Position numbers and translations under genes: made by a program. From contig NC_006908.1 in NCBI RefSeq assembly GCF_000008365.1, forward strand, positions 690,001 through 722,000: a stretch of DNA of 32,000 nucleotides. The letters are read 5' to 3'. This DNA comes from Mycoplasma mobile 163K (GTDB lineage Bacteria > Bacillota_I > Bacilli_A > Mycoplasmatales > Metamycoplasmataceae). Of the stretch, positions 27,984 through 32,000 are shown in pieces. The number at the start of each line of letters is the position of its first letter. Within the stretch, counting starts at the first letter, position 1. The notes beneath the pieces are model-generated. The model did not search any database. It was given only the letters and a program-made list of their open reading frames with translations, and was not told the origin of the DNA.

Positions 27984-29345
27984 TTAAAACACTCCTAATA
28001 GTTCTGGGTTTTCTAAAAAGTGTTTTACTTTTTGAGCAAATCTTCCAATTGTAGCCCCATCAACTCATCTATGATCTGCTGCAACAGTAAGATTCATAAT
28101 TTTACCTGCAACAATTCCATTTTTTGTAACAATTGGTTCATCTTTAATTACACCAATACCAGCAATTGCCATATCAGGATAATTAATAACAGGAATTCCG
28201 AATAACGAACCTACAGAAGCATAATTTGTAACTGTAAAATCACTTCCTTTTAGTTCATCTGCCTTGATTTTTTTATCTCTAGCAGCAACTGCAAGTCTAG
28301 TAATTTCTTTAGCAATTTCAATTATATTTAGTTTATCTGCATTTTTTATAACAGGAACCATTAGTCCTGCTTCGGTATCGACTGCAATTCCAATATTTAA
28401 AGTTCCTGAATAAACTAGTTCGCTTGCTTGTTCATCATATTTAGCCATTAAAACAGGAAATTCTTTTAATGCTAAAGTTATAGCTTTAATTATAAAAGGT
28501 AAAAAAGTTACTTTAACTCCAGTTAAATCTTGAACGGAATCTTTAATTTTTTCTCTTAAAGAAACTAGAGAACCAACATTAATTTCATTTACTAAATTAG
28601 TATAAGCAACATTTGATCAAGAATTTTTCATTGCTTTTGCAATAGCTTTTCTAATAGGAGTCACTTTTTCTCTTTTTAATTCATTAGCTAAAGAAATCAA
28701 AGGTTGAACTTGAGAATTTGAAACAGCTTTTTCAACATTTTGTTGAATTTGTTGAATGGAAACTGGTTTTGAAACAATCTCAGGGCTTTGTCCTAACATT
28801 TTAGCTCTTGCTAATGCTCTTCTGTTTGAAGATTCACTACTGTTTAAAGTATTTGTTTCAAAAACAACACTTTGTCCTAACATTTTAGCTCTTGCTAATG
28901 CTCTTCTGTTCTCAGGCGTTGCAGAAATGCTTGCACTTTGAACTATTTCTCTTGGAGAAACTTGAGATTGAGAATTTGAAGAATTACTATTTACTCTTCC
29001 AAAAGACATGACTTCATCTGAAACAGCAACTTCCCCAACAACAGAAGCTCCTCCCCCACCTGCTTTTTTAGGTGCTTCTGTTTTTATTCCAACAGAAGAA
29101 CTTGATGATGAACCATCTTCAATCTGGTAAATCTCTTGACCAACATGAATTGTATCACCTTTGAACATTGCTACTTTAATAATTTTTCCTGTAACAGGAG
29201 AAGGAATATCAGAAGTTACTTTATCTGTTTCCACAGAAAATAAAGCTTCTCCTTCTTTTACCATATCTCCTTCTTTTTTATAAATTTCGGCTACTACACC
29301 TTCGTGAAGTCCTTCACCAATATCTGCAAATTTAAATTTAAACAT
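27984..29345 (-). CDS. pdhC: dihydrolipoamide acetyltransferase (E2) copy 1: lipoyl domain + repeat-containing linker + catalytic domain (453 aa); chimeric pdhD-5'/pdhC-3'
   Basis: ORFs 28617..29345 and 28065..28448 plus a tail join across TGA (1362 nt = 454 codons). Lipoyl [13 protein letters not shown]. No canonical PSBD, only a duplicated (E/S)[14 protein letters not shown]. Catalytic DHRWVDGA. Stop TAA 27986..27984, one nt before the pdhD ATG. Confidence 0.85.
28228..28391. repeat. 164-bp perfect direct repeat, copy A (partner 29590..29753)
   Basis: Identical base for base to 29590..29753 by manual comparison, offset 1362 nt. Encodes [47 protein letters not shown] in both E2 genes. Confidence 0.85.
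28786..28826. repeat. 41-bp perfect direct repeat, copy 1 (partner 28870..28910; period 84 bp = 28 codons)
   Basis: ctttgtcctaacattttagctcttgctaatgctcttctgtt occurs twice. Encodes [14 protein letters not shown] in the E2 copy-1 linker. Confidence 0.9.
28870..28910. repeat. 41-bp perfect direct repeat, copy 2
   Basis: Identical to 28786..28826. Confidence 0.9.
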
Positions 29346-30242
29346 TTAATACACTCCTAACATATCTGGATTTTCTAATAATTTTTTAACTTCTTGAGCA
29401 AATCTTCCGATTGTTGCTCCATCTACTCATCTATGATCGGCTGCAACGGTTAAGTATAATACTTTCCCTGCAACAATTCCTTTATCACTAATGATTGCCT
29501 TGTCAACAATTGCTCCAATTCCTGCAATTGCAATATCTGGATAATTTATAACAGGTACTCCATATAATGACCCTACTGAAGCATAATTCGTAACTGTAAA
29601 ATCACTTCCTTTTAGTTCATCTGCCTTGATTTTTTTATCTCTAGCAGCAACTGCAAGTCTAGTAATTTCTTTAGCAATTTCAATTATATTTAGTTTATCT
29701 GCATTTTTTATAACAGGAACCATTAGTCCTGCTTCGGTATCGACTGCAATTCCTAAATTTAATGTTTTAGGATAAATTAATTCGCTATTTTGCTCATCAT
29801 ATTTTGCAGTTAAAATTGGAAATTTTTTTAGCGAAACATTGATGGCTTTGATAATAAAAGGTAAAAAAGTTACATTGACTCCTTCATCTTTTAAAATAGC
29901 ATCTTTAATTCTTGTTCTTGATTCTCATAAAGATGTAGCATCTATTTTTGTTACTAAATTTGTATAAGCAACATTTTCTCAAGAATTTGTCATTGCTTTA
30001 GCTATTGCTTTTCTTATTGGTGTTACTTTTTCTCTCTTGGCAACTGTTTGAGAAGTTGGATCAAATTGAGATTTAGCTAGTTGTAAATTGCTATTACTTG
30101 TAGCTGAATTTTTACTAAAATTCAAAACATCTTCTTGATAAATTCTTAATTTATTTTTTGATGGTTTTAATTTAGTAATATCAATTTTTAATTTCAGTGC
30201 TAAATTTTTTGCAAGTGGCGTGATTATGATTTTGTTTTCCAT
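29346..30242 (-). CDS. pdhC: dihydrolipoamide acetyltransferase (E2) copy 2: PSBD + catalytic domain, no lipoyl domain (298 aa)
   Basis: SD AAAGGAG. ATG 30242. ORFs 29979..30242 and 29427..29723 join across TGA (897 nt). PSBD-like IITPLAKNLALKLKIDITKLKPS...RIYQEDV. Catalytic DHRWVDGA. Stop TAA 29348..29346 abuts the ATG of copy 1. Confidence 0.85.
29590..29753. repeat. 164-bp perfect direct repeat, copy B
   Basis: Identical to 28228..28391. Confidence 0.85.
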
Positions 30243-30290
30243 AATTAAAACTCCTTTCTAGTATAGTTTTACTTTTAATATTTATAATAA

Positions 30291-30324
30291 AAAATAAAGT
30301 TTATTTTAAATAAAACTTTATTTT
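30291..30324 (-). terminator. hairpin between pdhB and E2 copy 2 (terminator/attenuator candidate)
   Basis: AAAATAAAGTTT (30291..30302) pairs with AAACTTTATTTT (30313..30324), 10-nt loop. Lies in the 97-nt gap after the pdhB stop, with T-rich sequence following on the minus strand. Confidence 0.4.
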
Positions 30325-30339
30325 CAATAGATTATTAAA

Positions 30340-31319
30340 TTATTCAGCTTTCAGTTCTCTTAATTTTGCAATGATTTTTTCTTTTGAAATAACAAAGAAG
30401 TTTTCACCTTTAGCAAGAGGAACTGTAATGTCATAACCTGTTAATCTTACTGGTGCTGCTGATAAGTATTCAAAAAGTTCTTCATTAACTCTTGTAATAA
30501 TTTCTGCTGAAACTGAAAATGATTTTACAGCTTCATGAACAACAATAAGTTTTCCTGTTTTTTTAACAGATTCTAAAATTGTATCAATATCAAGAGGTTT
30601 AATTGTTCTTAAATCAATTAATTCAACACTCATTTCACTTCCTAATTCTCTAATTGCTGCTAAAGAATCATGAACTTGTGCTCCATAAGTAACTAATGTA
30701 ATATCTGTTCCTTCTGTTAAAACATTAGCTTTACCAATTTCTACTTCATATTCTTCTGCAGGAATTTCTTCTTTAAAAGCACGATAGATTTTTTTAGGTT
30801 CAAAGAAAATAACAGGATCTGGATCTTTAATTGCTGCAATTAATAAACCTTTTGTGTCATAAGGAGTTGAAGGCAAGATAACCTTTAATCCTGGAATGTG
30901 TGCATATAAAGCTTCTAAAGCTTCTGAGTGATGCTCTAAAGCTCTAATTCCTCCACCCATAGGAATTCTTACAACCATAGGAACTGTAAAACGCCCTCTT
31001 GATCTATTTCTATATCTTGCAGCATGCGTGAATAGTTGCATCATTGCTGGGAAAGAAAAACCTGAAAATTGAATTTCTACAACTGGTTTTAATCCATAAA
31101 TTGCTGCTCCTACTCCTACTCCTGCAATTGCAGCTTCTGAAATAGGTGCATCAAAAATTCTTTTATCTCCAAATTTTGCTTGAAGTCCTTTAGTTGCTCT
31201 AAAAACTCCACCTTCATATCCGGCATCTTCACCTCAAAGAACAACATCTTTGTCTTTTTCCATCATAATTTCTAAAGCATTTGTAACTGCTTCGATATTA
31301 TTTACTTTAATTTTTGCCA

Positions 31320-31320
<1 letters not shown>
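30340..31320 (-). CDS. pdhB: pyruvate dehydrogenase E1 beta subunit
   Basis: ATG 31320 (MAKIKVNNIEAVTNALEIMMEKDKDVVLWGEDAG...) joins ORF 30340..31044 across TGA codons. 981 nt = 327 codons. Typical E1-beta sequence throughout. Confidence 0.95.

Positions 31321-32000
<680 letters not shown>

Noticed and set aside
28786-28910. Two identical 41-bp repeats separated by a 43-bp spacer, superficially CRISPR-like
   Set aside because: There are only two copies. They lie inside a continuous E2 reading frame, their period is a multiple of 3, and they encode a repeated peptide. No cas genes or leader are present.

Overview
Very AT-rich, Mollicutes-type (Mycoplasma-like) chromosomal segment that is only coherent under genetic code 4 (TGA=Trp). 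Almost every pair of ORF-track fragments joins in frame across TGA into a full-length gene. Layout by strand block: (1) + strand 163-9846: rsmD, gmk, prpC, prkC, rsgA, rpe, mnmE, tatD, rsmA/ksgA, a hypothetical, prs, rsmG, several with 11-47 nt start/stop overlaps. (2) - strand 9852-18055: a 4-TM membrane protein, a decayed RpiR/SIS-like regulator, thrS, a ~3 kb accessory islet (12.7-15.65 kb), a thioredoxin-like gene, uvrB. (3) + strand 18163-26154: a 944-aa membrane-anchored surface protein, lemA plus a DUF3137-like partner, coaD-like, coaE-like, kbl, tdh. (4) - strand 26180-32000: pdhD carrying an N-terminal lipoyl domain, two different E2 genes, pdhB, and the 3' part of pdhA. I recognised no rRNA, tRNA, CRISPR array, transposase, recombinase or classical defence genes. 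Two loci deserve a second look. First, the islet at 12.7-15.65 kb holds coiled-coil paralogs in different states of decay. It also holds Lipoprotein_17-type lipoprotein cassettes that are all broken at one identical nucleotide position (TACAA, just after the lipobox) and lie head-to-head around a promoter plus signal-peptide module. This resembles vsa/vsp/vpma-type recombination switches. Second, the PDH cluster has a ~1.36 kb tandem duplication across the pdhC/pdhD boundary. It has created an extra chimeric E2 (pdhD-type lipoyl domain fused to a pdhC catalytic domain), with a 164-bp perfectly identical patch suggesting gene conversion. The kbl-tdh threonine-to-acetyl-CoA pair, next to CoA-biosynthesis genes and convergent with PDH, is a notable metabolic module for a mollicute. 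All calls come from manual translation and motif recognition; no database search was possible.
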